Assembly (NCBI GenBank): GCA_903930145.1
Contig: CAIYXP010000300.1
Span: 768 to 64,767, forward strand
DNA from: an uncultured Methylococcaceae bacterium
GTDB taxonomy: Bacteria > Pseudomonadota > Gammaproteobacteria > Methylococcales > Methylococcaceae
DNA: 64,000 nt
Reading direction: 5' to 3'
How positions within the stretch are numbered: the stretch's first letter is position 1; the number at the start of each line of letters is the position of its first letter. Under the pieces are notes generated by a model. That model saw nothing but the letters and a program-made list of their open reading frames with translations. It did not search any database and had not been told where the DNA came from. Position numbers and translations under genes: made by a program. Below are positions 19,301 through 27,547 of this stretch, piece after piece.

Positions 19301-22300
19301 AAGAAGCCTTGATTCTCCAAGCTTTGGCGGACGCCGATATTGGGCCTGCTGAGGTGGACTATGTGGAAGCGCATGGTTCTGGAACAAGGCTGGGCGATCC
19401 GCAGGAACTCAACGCGCTTGCGCGGGTTTTCTCAGCCCGCAATGCGCCTTTGCGCGTGGGCAGTGTAAAGTCCAACCTAGGCCATCTTGAAAGTGCTGCG
19501 GGTATCGCAGGCCTCATCAAGCTGGTGCTTTGCCTGCGCCACCAGGCGTTTGCGCCAAACCTACACTTCCGACACCCAAACAGTCTGATTGATTGGGAAA
19601 AAGCCCTTCTCCTCCCGGTTACCGCCCCGCTGGCTTGGGCTGCCGAAGGCAAAACGCGAACGGCAGGCATAAGCTCCTTCGGTATCAGCGGTACCAATGC
19701 GCATCTTCTGCTACAGGAATACCCATGCCCCGTCAAACAGGCAGAGGCAGGTCGAGCTCAGGGTTCTTTTGTTTTCACCCTAAGCGCCAAATCCCCAGAG
19801 GGTCTGCGACTCTCAGCCTTGAAGTTTGCCAATTATCCGAAGTTGGAGACATTGCGTTTTGCTGATTTGTGCCGGACAGTAAACCGTTTGCGTGTTTCGC
19901 ACTCAAACCGCTGGGCCTGTAGCGCAGCCAACGCGGAAGATCTGCGGCAAAAATTGCTCCGGTTTGCAAACCATGCCGATCGGGTTGAAACTGACGGCGA
20001 CATGTGCCCCAGTCGCAAAATTGTGTTTCTCTATACCGGGCAGGGTTCTTACTATCCAGGCATGGGCGAGGCGCTTTATCGGGACAGCCCTGTGTTCAAA
20101 GATGCCTTTGATCAGTGCGATGCTCTGTTCGCCCCCTTGATTGGCTGTTCGTTGCGAGATTATGTTTATGCGCAACTCCGTCGAAGCTCTGATTCTGCTC
20201 AGGCCACCCAGTCGGCCATTTTCGCTGTCGGTTACGCTTTGAGCAGATTTTGGGAAGCGCTCGGCATCCGCCCCAGCGCAGTCATCGGCCACAGCATCGG
20301 CGAATACGCCGCTGCCTGTGAGTCGGGCATAATGAGTCTTGAAAATGCCGTGCAGATGGTTGCCTTGCGCGGAGCGATCATGGAGCAAACCCCGGCTGAC
20401 GGCGCAATGACGGGAATCCTTTCTGACGAAGCCATCGTCCGCAAGCTGTGCGAGGATTGCGGTGGCGGTGTCTATCTCGCAGCCATCAATGGGGATGAAA
20501 ACATCACTGTGTCCGGGCAAAAAGAAAGCGTGGCACGGTTGGTCGCAAGTGCCAAGAAAGCGCGTATCTTCACGGAAGCCTTGCCCATGTCTCACGCCTT
20601 CCATTCGCCGCTGATGGGAGCGAGCGCGGGTAAATTGAAGGATGGCTTGGCGGGAATTCGGTTTAGCGACCCCAAAATTCCTTTGATTTCCACTCAGAGC
20701 GGGCGGGTCTTGTCCTCAGCGGATGAGGCTGGGGCCGACTATTGGAGCGCCCACCTGTGCAACACAGTCCGCTTCAAGGACGCGATGCTGCTCGCATTGG
20801 GCACGGATGCAGCGACCTTTTTGGAAATTGGTGGCACGGCTACACTCAGTGGGTTGGGTGCCCAGATCGGGCGAGGGGATCAGCTTGCGTTTTTGCCTTC
20901 ACTCCGTGAGGGTAGGGATGCTTGGGAGCAGGTGAGCCAGAGCCTTGCCGTGCTATTCCGGCGTGGCTATTCGATCAACTGGGATGCCTACCACAATGGA
21001 GTGTCCTCGTTTATCACAGACTTGCCGAACACTGCCTATCAACGCAACCGCTTCTGGTTCTCGGACAATAGCCCTGCTAGACGGTCTCCCGCACCCGTAC
21101 CTCTAACCTTGGCCTACTCCACAGCATCAGAGGCGGCGGTGTTGTCCGGCGAAGCCACGGCGGCTTCGCCGATGACCTCGGAATCATCGGACTTGCAAGC
21201 CGTCCAACGTGACATCAAAGATATAGTAAGCCGCGTGACGGGCGTCCCGCCGTCGGAGATCGCCGACCAAGCCCATCTTTTCTCCCTCGGCATCGATTCT
21301 CTCATGCTCATGCAGATGGACAAGCAGGTGGTTGCCAAGTATGGCGTCGACATCCCACTCAAGCGATTTTTCACCGATTTGCATACACCTGAGAAGATCG
21401 CCTTGTTCGTCGCAGCGGAAATGCCGGCGGGATTGCGCGCCACCCCATCCACCCCAGCCTTGCTGTCTGCGCCATCGCCCCAGCCTCAGTTGGCTGTGCC
21501 GGGGCAAGCCATAAGCCAACTTGAACATATCGTCCAGACCCAGCTTGAGCTGATGCGGGAACAGATCGCGCTGCTAAACGGTCAGACGACTGCTCACACG
21601 GCCAGCTTGGAGACGAGTAAGGTGGCGGCAAAGCCTGCCGAGGTGGCGCGCCCAAAGACCAACCTTCGCGACATCACGCTGCACGAGGAGGATGTCACTC
21701 CCAGGCAGAGGGTGTTCATAAACCGTCTCATCCAGCGCGTCAACCAATCAACACCTAAATCGAAAAACTACGCCCAGACCTATCGTCGAGGCTTCGCCGA
21801 CTGGATTGCCAGTTTGAATTTCAGTTTGACCACGAAGGAACTGGTCTATCCCGTCGTCTCTGCCCGTTCCAAAGGCTCCCGCTTCTGGGATATTGACGGT
21901 AACGAATACATTGATACCGCCATCGGTTACGGGGTTTCTTTTTTTGGTAACAACCCAGACTTCATCGCCGAAGCGATCCAGGCTCAGCTTGGCCAAGGCA
22001 TCGAACTCGGCCCACAATCAGATTTGGTTGGCGAAGTCGCAGAGCGTATCCGCCGCCTGACTGGGGTGGAGCGGGTGGCCTTTTGCAACACAGGAACCGA
22101 GGCGGTCATGGTAGCCATCCGGCTGGCCCGTGCTGTCACCCGTCGCCTTAAGATCGTGCGTTTCATTACGTCTTTCCACGGTAGTTTCGATGGGGTGCTG
22201 GCGGAAGCAGGCGATGGCGGAACCGTACCAATGGCTCCCGGCATTCCACAGTCTATGGTCGAGGACACCGTCGTCCTGCATTACGGCAGTCCAGAATCCT

Positions 22301-25300
22301 TGGCGACCATCCGTGAGATGGGGGCGGAATTGGCCGCGGTATTGGTGGAGCCGGTACAAAGTCGCAATCCTGGACTGCAACCGCGCGAGTACTTGCAAGA
22401 ATTGCGCAAGATCACAGCGGATGCCGGCATCGCCCTGATTTTCGACGAGATGATCACAGGGTTTAGAATCCATACGGGGGGTGCGCAGGCATATTTCGAT
22501 GTGCGCGCCGACCTTGTGACCTACGGCAAAATCGTTGGGGGCGGCATGCCTGTCGGGGTTGTCGGCGGGAGTGCCCGCTACATGGATGCCATCGACGGGG
22601 GGGTGTGGAATTTCGGCGACACGTCAGGACCTTCGGCGGAAACCACTTTCTTTGCCGGCACGTTCTGCAAACATCCTCTGACCATGGCGGCTTCGCGGGC
22701 CGTGCTGGAAAAACTGGAGACGGAGGGGGCGTTGCTAATTGAGCGGACGAACGATCTGACCCGCCGCTTTACCGAGCGGGCCAATGTTTTTTTCGAGGAA
22801 TCACAGGCGCCTGTCCAAGTAAAGCGTTTTGGTTCGATGTATCGCTTCGAAGCACGTGTTTCACAAGATATCCCTCGTCTATCTCTTGAAATGAACCTGT
22901 TCTTCCGCCTGATGATGCTTGAAGGAGTCTATGTGTGGGAACGACGCACCTGCTTTTTCTCGACGGCCCACACGGAGGCGGACGCTGGTCGCATCCTCGG
23001 TGCGGTCAAAGCTGCCACTGATGAATTGCGCCGGGGCGGTTTCAGTTTCCGTGCTGTCAGTGAGCCGGACGGTGGCGGTTCAAAGATCCGGGGGGGCGAA
23101 TCAGGTTTGACAAGCTCCGGCCCGCGTTTCCTACAGCTTTCCTCCGAGGAACGGCGGATTTACATCTTGAGCCTGATGAAGGGAGGGGAGGCCGCCTACC
23201 ACGTGACGGGTGCTCTCCTGATTAAAGGCCTGTTGGAGCCAGATCGAGTAAGGGATGTCTTCCGCGTACTGACTCGACGCCATGAAGCCATGCGCACACT
23301 CTATAGGGTACAAGATGGTGAGATTCGCCGCCAAGTCGAAAGTGAGGTCGATATCGTCATGGAATGCAGGGATTCGACGGATGGAATAGAGTCCTCGCTG
23401 ATGGGTCAAATGGTACGGCCGTTCGATCCGTCCAAGGCACCCCTGTGGCGGATTGGGCTGATTAGGCGCGGCCTGAACGAAAACGTGTTGGTGCTTGATT
23501 TCCATCACCTGATTGCCGACGGGCGATCCATGTCCATTTTGATTCAAGACTTCATCGCCTTGTGGCAAGGCGAGACTGGCTTACGCGGGATGGAACCCCG
23601 GCCTTATGCAGATTTTGCCGAATGGGAATGTGGATTCGTCGGTAGTGGCGATTACTTGCGCCAGAAAGCCTATTGGCTCAAGGCTTTTGAAGTGCTCCCA
23701 CCGCCTTTGGGCCTTCCGACTGACTCCCCCCGCCCGCCGCAGAACGATTTTGCTGGCGCTTCCCTGAATGCCCCCTTTAAGCAGTCTGTCTTCCCGAAGG
23801 TTCGTGAAATCGCCCGGCAGTTGCAAGTCACCCCGTTCATGGTCTTGCTATCGGCCTATTTCGCCTTACTCCACAAGCTGACCGGTCAAGATGACCTGTG
23901 CGTGGGCATCCCATTCGACCGCCGGGTCAACCGGGATTTCGACCAGACCGTGGGCATGTTCTCGCAAACCCTGATGATCCGTGTTTTGGCAGGCGGCGAC
24001 CTGTCGTTCGGTCATCTTCTTGCGCAGGTGAGGGAGGCGTGCGCCTTAGCCTTTGCCCACCCCGATGTGCCTTTGGATGAATTACTGGAAGAATTGTCCG
24101 TACCCCGGGATTTCAGCCGGAACCCATTGTTCGATACCTTGTTCATTTTCGAAAATGGCAATGACCGGGTGACCAGCACCTCGGATTTGAGCGTCGAGAC
24201 ACTCCCTGTGCCAATTCGAGGCGCGGCCTTTGATTTGACCATCGAAATCACTGAGGAACGGGGTTTGCTGTCTGGTGTTTTGATTTATGCCACCCGCTTG
24301 TTTAGCGAAACCACCATCAAGCGCTGGGCCGGCTATTACGAAGCGCTGTTGGAGCGCGCCATGGACAATCCAGAAATTCGGATCAAGGATTTGGACATGT
24401 TAGTCCAAGGCGAGCGCAACCTGCTATTGTCGGGCTTCAATGATACTGCCAGAGCTTACCCGCCTCAGGAGACCGTTGTAACCCTGTTCAGACGGGCGGC
24501 AGCGTGCCATGCCGACAGGCTTGCAGTTCGGTGCGGGACGAAAAATTGTCTGACATATGCCGAGCTAGACGCAGCTTCCGACGATTTGGCAAAGCGGCTT
24601 GTCAGCCTTGGCATCGGAGCGGGTTCCTTGGTGGGCATCTTATTGCGGCGTGGGCCGGCGATGCCGGTGGCCATGCTCGGAGTGCTCAAAGCTGGAGCGG
24701 CGTATGTGCCCCTAGACCCCGATTACCCTCCGGCCCGCCTACGCTACATGCTGGAGCGTTGTGAAGCCAAGGTAGTGTTGAGCAAGGCAGGGTTCGCCGA
24801 GGAGTTGGGCTTTACAGGCATCGTGCTTGACCCTGACGGAGATACTCCCTCGCCACCAGCGGCTTTGCCCAAGGTTATATCGTCCGACGGATTGGCTTAT
24901 GTGATCTTTACCTCCGGGTCCACGGGCAAACCCAAGGGGGTCATGATTGAGCACCAGGCCGTCGTGAATTTTCTGCACGGCATGAAAGAGGCACTTGATG
25001 TGCCTGATAACATCAGCACACTGGGGCTTACCACCATTTCCTTTGACATCTTTGTTCTTGAAGTTTTCTTGACCTTCGTTCAAGGTGGTACCCTAGTGTT
25101 GGCGACGGAGGCAGAGCAAAACGATCCCAAGGAATTGGTACGGTTGATTAAATCGATGCAAGGCGGGTTAGTGCAGATAACTCCCAGTCGTTTACAAATG
25201 CTACTGTCGGCCTATTCGGCTCAAGAGGCTCTGGCGGGGTTGGGCCTGCTCTTGGTTGGCGGCGAAGCGTTTCCGTCGCACCATCTGGCTGACCTCAAGG

Positions 25301-26814
25301 CTGTGCCGGGTCTGCGCATCTTCAATATGTACGGGCCGACGGAGACGACCGTGTGGTCTTCAGTCAAGGATCTGACCCATGCGGATGCTGTGACCATTGG
25401 TAAACCCATTGCTAACACCCAGGTGTATGTGCTTGGTTCAGATTCGGAAGTGCTGCCTGTGGGTAGCGTTGGCGATTTGTACATTGCCGGCGCTGGGTTG
25501 GCGAGGGGCTATTTGGGTGATGAGGCGCAGACGGCGACGGCTTTCGTGCTCAATGCCTATGCGCTGGGTCAGCGCATGTACCGGACCGGTGATAGGGCGG
25601 CTTGGACTATAAACGGCGAATTGATCTACCAAGGGCGGTGTGATCAACAAATCAAACTGCGCGGTCATCGTATCGAATTGGCGGAAATTGAAAAGATATT
25701 GTTGGAGCATCCATCCGTCCGCAATGCGGCCGTTGCCATACGCGAACTTAGTCCCAGTAACGCCGTGTTGGTGGCCTATTGCCAAGCCACGGATACGCCA
25801 AAGCCGGGGTTCGGAGAGGAACTTCGCGCCCATGGAGCCAGGCATCTGCCCGATTACATGGTGCCGGCAATCATTGTTCCCGTTGAATACCTGCCGATGA
25901 CCCCCAATGGAAAAATCGACCGCAATAATCTGCCGACAACCTTGGCTGAAGTTTCTAGGGAAACCCTGCTAGAGGCTGTTAATACCGAAGGGCTGGCTGG
26001 GGAAATATTGAAGGTTTGGAAGGCCATCCTCGGTGGCGACCGCCCCATCGGCTTTAGAGATAGTTTTTTCGACCTCGGTGGCAATTCCTTGAGCTTGGTG
26101 TTGATGCACAGCGCAATTGCGGAAAAATATCCCGGCACATTGGAGGTGGCGGATATTTTCGCAAACCCCACCATTGCCGCCTTGCAGAACTTTATACAGA
26201 GACAGATTGGCGAAGAATTGAAGCCCGTCGCCTTCCCGGAAGAGTTCACCCGGGTGGTGGGGCTTGACGGGGGGGTAGAGGGTTCGCTCCAAGCCGAAAT
26301 CAGTGGTCAATGGTATGACAAGCTAACTGCGGCGGCCGGCGATGTGAATGCCGAACCCCGCGAGATCGCCTTGGCGCTATATCTATTCTATCTGAACAAG
26401 CTGTTGAATGCCCATCAACTAAGCCTCGCCCTTGCGGATGGGCATCGGGAAGCCAACGCAGTATTAGACATTGACATGCACAATTTGCGCACCGTGGCTG
26501 ATATCTTGCGGACACTGCGAGATCGTCGTCGTCTTGCCGTCGTTAGCCTAGGGAGAAGCCATGCAGCCAGAACGGGGCTGAGTCTTCTATTTGTCTTTGC
26601 CGAGGGCATTGGAAAGATTCAGCGGCAGGGTTTTGACATTGTATTTCACGTTGCTTCTAGTGCGGACAAATTGCACATTGGTGTGGAATATGACGCTAGC
26701 CGCCTTGAAGGTGAACGCATGAAGAGTTTCATTGCCAATTACATCAAATTGTTAAAGGCCGTAGTAGGAGCGGGTCGGCGTGAGCAAATTCCCGCTGTGG
26801 AGACTGAGTCTTAA
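16399..26814 (+). CDS. Hybrid PKS/NRPS initiation megasynthase: FAAL-ACP-KS-AT-ACP-aminotransferase-C-A(Gly-like)-PCP plus a degenerate C-lobe tail
   Basis: Motifs, with coordinates read from the DNA:
- FAAL: FSSGSTSAPKG, about 16912-16950.
- ACP1: Ser about 18277.
- KS: Cys 18967-18969 (DTACSSS), HGSGT, NLGH.
- AT: Ser 20293-20295 (GHSIGE), HAFH 20593-20604.
- ACP2: Ser 21298-21300.
- Class-III PLP aminotransferase: about 21700-23050, Lys 22528-22530.
- C: HHLIADG, 23503-23523.
- A: SGSTGKPKG about 24915; NGKIDR about 25905.
- PCP: Ser 26086-26088.
- C-lobe tail: 26215-26811. Confidence 0.95.
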   Translation: MLMNMYQTLLECLNASAQGGKGIRFITGVGQEEFLAYRQLRDDALGRLAGLRKLGIQVGDELVFQYASLREFMITYWACIAGAIIPVPLEFASQATNAEKVFTVWKTLNNAWLASDSANLADRLEAFAAQTEWAEQWAQMRGRLVFPTDVAGASGDCRPADATPSDIAFIQFSSGSTSAPKGVVLTHANLLANIDDILAAVDYTEADTFLSWKPITHDFGMIAFHLAPIVAGSDQIRIATEVFIWNPSLWFAAADKYRASILGSPNFGYRHFLKLYRKGKKKPSWDLSCIKVILNGAEPISAELCEEFRRELACFGLPPHCITPGYGLAEGSLIASLCPIDEGIRTMTVDRHHLRVGDRLQPVEPGSPQSITFVDCGLPFPKTDIRITGKGRLPLPEDQVGHIEIRGDAVTSGYYRDPQSTAALIGPGGWLDTQDLGVLREGRLFVVGRVKEMLIIGGINYFPHDIEQAILRARGEDHLNKYIVCGVYNSEQGREEPVIFVYAKHTGEGFAALAAELRQVVMATFALPVVNVVPVKKIPKTTSGKVQRFKLVQDYLDGKFDEALNDVGEVRAIRMAIANIELPVSYTDAPAQTEDGIIVRTRRIAARLLGHPDIDQDSGFFDLGFSSLSLMVLRERLEEEFGVSLESTSPLDFPNVRSLAAHIALHLAVGAHPAPVRTSLQESLLPEATHHEPVAIIGMGCRFPGGADSPESFWNLLNSGIDPIGEMPPDRWQSDPQAHADLTTRQGGFLDAVDRFDPLFFGISPTEAEAMDPQQRLLLEVCHETIENAGLNSSELAGSRTGVFIGMSGSEYAAVGKDMGHFTGPYSFTGTMFNTACGRISYTFGFQGPCVAIDTACSSSLVAVNQGLHELRSNTCDLVVAGGVNLILRADGHVSFSQLNALSSTGRCRSFDESADGYIRSEGCGLVLLKRLSDAKRDEDTILAVIRGGAVNHNGKSGGLTVPNGSAQEALILQALADADIGPAEVDYVEAHGSGTRLGDPQELNALARVFSARNAPLRVGSVKSNLGHLESAAGIAGLIKLVLCLRHQAFAPNLHFRHPNSLIDWEKALLLPVTAPLAWAAEGKTRTAGISSFGISGTNAHLLLQEYPCPVKQAEAGRAQGSFVFTLSAKSPEGLRLSALKFANYPKLETLRFADLCRTVNRLRVSHSNRWACSAANAEDLRQKLLRFANHADRVETDGDMCPSRKIVFLYTGQGSYYPGMGEALYRDSPVFKDAFDQCDALFAPLIGCSLRDYVYAQLRRSSDSAQATQSAIFAVGYALSRFWEALGIRPSAVIGHSIGEYAAACESGIMSLENAVQMVALRGAIMEQTPADGAMTGILSDEAIVRKLCEDCGGGVYLAAINGDENITVSGQKESVARLVASAKKARIFTEALPMSHAFHSPLMGASAGKLKDGLAGIRFSDPKIPLISTQSGRVLSSADEAGADYWSAHLCNTVRFKDAMLLALGTDAATFLEIGGTATLSGLGAQIGRGDQLAFLPSLREGRDAWEQVSQSLAVLFRRGYSINWDAYHNGVSSFITDLPNTAYQRNRFWFSDNSPARRSPAPVPLTLAYSTASEAAVLSGEATAASPMTSESSDLQAVQRDIKDIVSRVTGVPPSEIADQAHLFSLGIDSLMLMQMDKQVVAKYGVDIPLKRFFTDLHTPEKIALFVAAEMPAGLRATPSTPALLSAPSPQPQLAVPGQAISQLEHIVQTQLELMREQIALLNGQTTAHTASLETSKVAAKPAEVARPKTNLRDITLHEEDVTPRQRVFINRLIQRVNQSTPKSKNYAQTYRRGFADWIASLNFSLTTKELVYPVVSARSKGSRFWDIDGNEYIDTAIGYGVSFFGNNPDFIAEAIQAQLGQGIELGPQSDLVGEVAERIRRLTGVERVAFCNTGTEAVMVAIRLARAVTRRLKIVRFITSFHGSFDGVLAEAGDGGTVPMAPGIPQSMVEDTVVLHYGSPESLATIREMGAELAAVLVEPVQSRNPGLQPREYLQELRKITADAGIALIFDEMITGFRIHTGGAQAYFDVRADLVTYGKIVGGGMPVGVVGGSARYMDAIDGGVWNFGDTSGPSAETTFFAGTFCKHPLTMAASRAVLEKLETEGALLIERTNDLTRRFTERANVFFEESQAPVQVKRFGSMYRFEARVSQDIPRLSLEMNLFFRLMMLEGVYVWERRTCFFSTAHTEADAGRILGAVKAATDELRRGGFSFRAVSEPDGGGSKIRGGESGLTSSGPRFLQLSSEERRIYILSLMKGGEAAYHVTGALLIKGLLEPDRVRDVFRVLTRRHEAMRTLYRVQDGEIRRQVESEVDIVMECRDSTDGIESSLMGQMVRPFDPSKAPLWRIGLIRRGLNENVLVLDFHHLIADGRSMSILIQDFIALWQGETGLRGMEPRPYADFAEWECGFVGSGDYLRQKAYWLKAFEVLPPPLGLPTDSPRPPQNDFAGASLNAPFKQSVFPKVREIARQLQVTPFMVLLSAYFALLHKLTGQDDLCVGIPFDRRVNRDFDQTVGMFSQTLMIRVLAGGDLSFGHLLAQVREACALAFAHPDVPLDELLEELSVPRDFSRNPLFDTLFIFENGNDRVTSTSDLSVETLPVPIRGAAFDLTIEITEERGLLSGVLIYATRLFSETTIKRWAGYYEALLERAMDNPEIRIKDLDMLVQGERNLLLSGFNDTARAYPPQETVVTLFRRAAACHADRLAVRCGTKNCLTYAELDAASDDLAKRLVSLGIGAGSLVGILLRRGPAMPVAMLGVLKAGAAYVPLDPDYPPARLRYMLERCEAKVVLSKAGFAEELGFTGIVLDPDGDTPSPPAALPKVISSDGLAYVIFTSGSTGKPKGVMIEHQAVVNFLHGMKEALDVPDNISTLGLTTISFDIFVLEVFLTFVQGGTLVLATEAEQNDPKELVRLIKSMQGGLVQITPSRLQMLLSAYSAQEALAGLGLLLVGGEAFPSHHLADLKAVPGLRIFNMYGPTETTVWSSVKDLTHADAVTIGKPIANTQVYVLGSDSEVLPVGSVGDLYIAGAGLARGYLGDEAQTATAFVLNAYALGQRMYRTGDRAAWTINGELIYQGRCDQQIKLRGHRIELAEIEKILLEHPSVRNAAVAIRELSPSNAVLVAYCQATDTPKPGFGEELRAHGARHLPDYMVPAIIVPVEYLPMTPNGKIDRNNLPTTLAEVSRETLLEAVNTEGLAGEILKVWKAILGGDRPIGFRDSFFDLGGNSLSLVLMHSAIAEKYPGTLEVADIFANPTIAALQNFIQRQIGEELKPVAFPEEFTRVVGLDGGVEGSLQAEISGQWYDKLTAAAGDVNAEPREIALALYLFYLNKLLNAHQLSLALADGHREANAVLDIDMHNLRTVADILRTLRDRRRLAVVSLGRSHAARTGLSLLFVFAEGIGKIQRQGFDIVFHVASSADKLHIGVEYDASRLEGERMKSFIANYIKLLKAVVGAGRREQIPAVETES

Positions 26815-26871
26815 GGGCTTGGCCATTATGAACCATCCTGTCCATTACAGTAACTTTAGGGGGATTGATAC

Positions 26872-27474
26872 ATGCGAGATGAAACCATTCAGATCCAGTG
26901 GTACTACCAAGGCAAGCCCGATTACAACTTTGGCCCAGGCGCGACGCTCGCCGAACGGGGGTTGGTGTGGCTGGCGATGGCGGTTGGGATCGGGTTATAC
27001 GCTTATTTCTACTTTCAAGCGGCCTACCCTTGGCAGCACTGGCAGTATGCCCTCGGTGCATTTTTTGGCTTGGATGTCGTCGGCGGGGTTGTCGCCTTCA
27101 GCCTGAATTCCAACAAACGCTTCTATCACGGCCCGGCCATGAAGGACGATTCGGTGGTGACACGATGCTTGAAGCAGCATCCGCTTTTCGCCGCGATCCA
27201 TATCCATCCAATGCTGGTCGGATTCCTTTATCCTGGCGGTCAATCGATAGCGGGTGTGGGCTGGTATCTTGCTCTGTTGGCAAGCACGGTCTTGGTGTCC
27301 GCCACGCCCCTTTACTTGCGGCGTCCCTTAGCCATGCTATTGGTTTTGCTGTCATTGCTGGCAAATTATGGGATTAGCCCTGTACCCGGTTTTGAGTGGC
27401 TGATGCCAGGACTGTTCTTAAAGATCGTCTATGGCCATACGGTGCGTGAAGAGCCTTATCGTCCTTTGGCTTGA
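26872..27474 (+). CDS. Hypothetical polytopic inner-membrane protein (about 200 aa, about 5 TM), unknown family
   Basis: The ORF has a purine-rich SD-like stretch about 8 nt upstream. Strongly hydrophobic segments (LVWLAMAVGIGLYAYFYF, ALGAFFGLDVVGGVVAF, GWYLALLASTVLVSA, LAMLLVLLSLLANYG). It is co-directional inside the cluster. I recognise no motif. Confidence 0.6.
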   Translation: MRDETIQIQWYYQGKPDYNFGPGATLAERGLVWLAMAVGIGLYAYFYFQAAYPWQHWQYALGAFFGLDVVGGVVAFSLNSNKRFYHGPAMKDDSVVTRCLKQHPLFAAIHIHPMLVGFLYPGGQSIAGVGWYLALLASTVLVSATPLYLRRPLAMLLVLLSLLANYGISPVPGFEWLMPGLFLKIVYGHTVREEPYRPLA

Positions 27475-27547
27475 TGAGTAGGCCGATTTGCGATGATTGC
27501 AGCAGACGGTCATTTTGTTCAACTTGATACAAGGGGTAAATGATCTG

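Noticed and set aside
26780-27377. Alternative-frame ORFs 26780-27106 and 26898-27377, which overlap the 26872-27474 membrane-protein ORF.
   Set aside because: Their translations are Arg/Gly-rich with no hydrophobic periodicity. The 26872 frame gives coherent TM helices and has an SD-like element.
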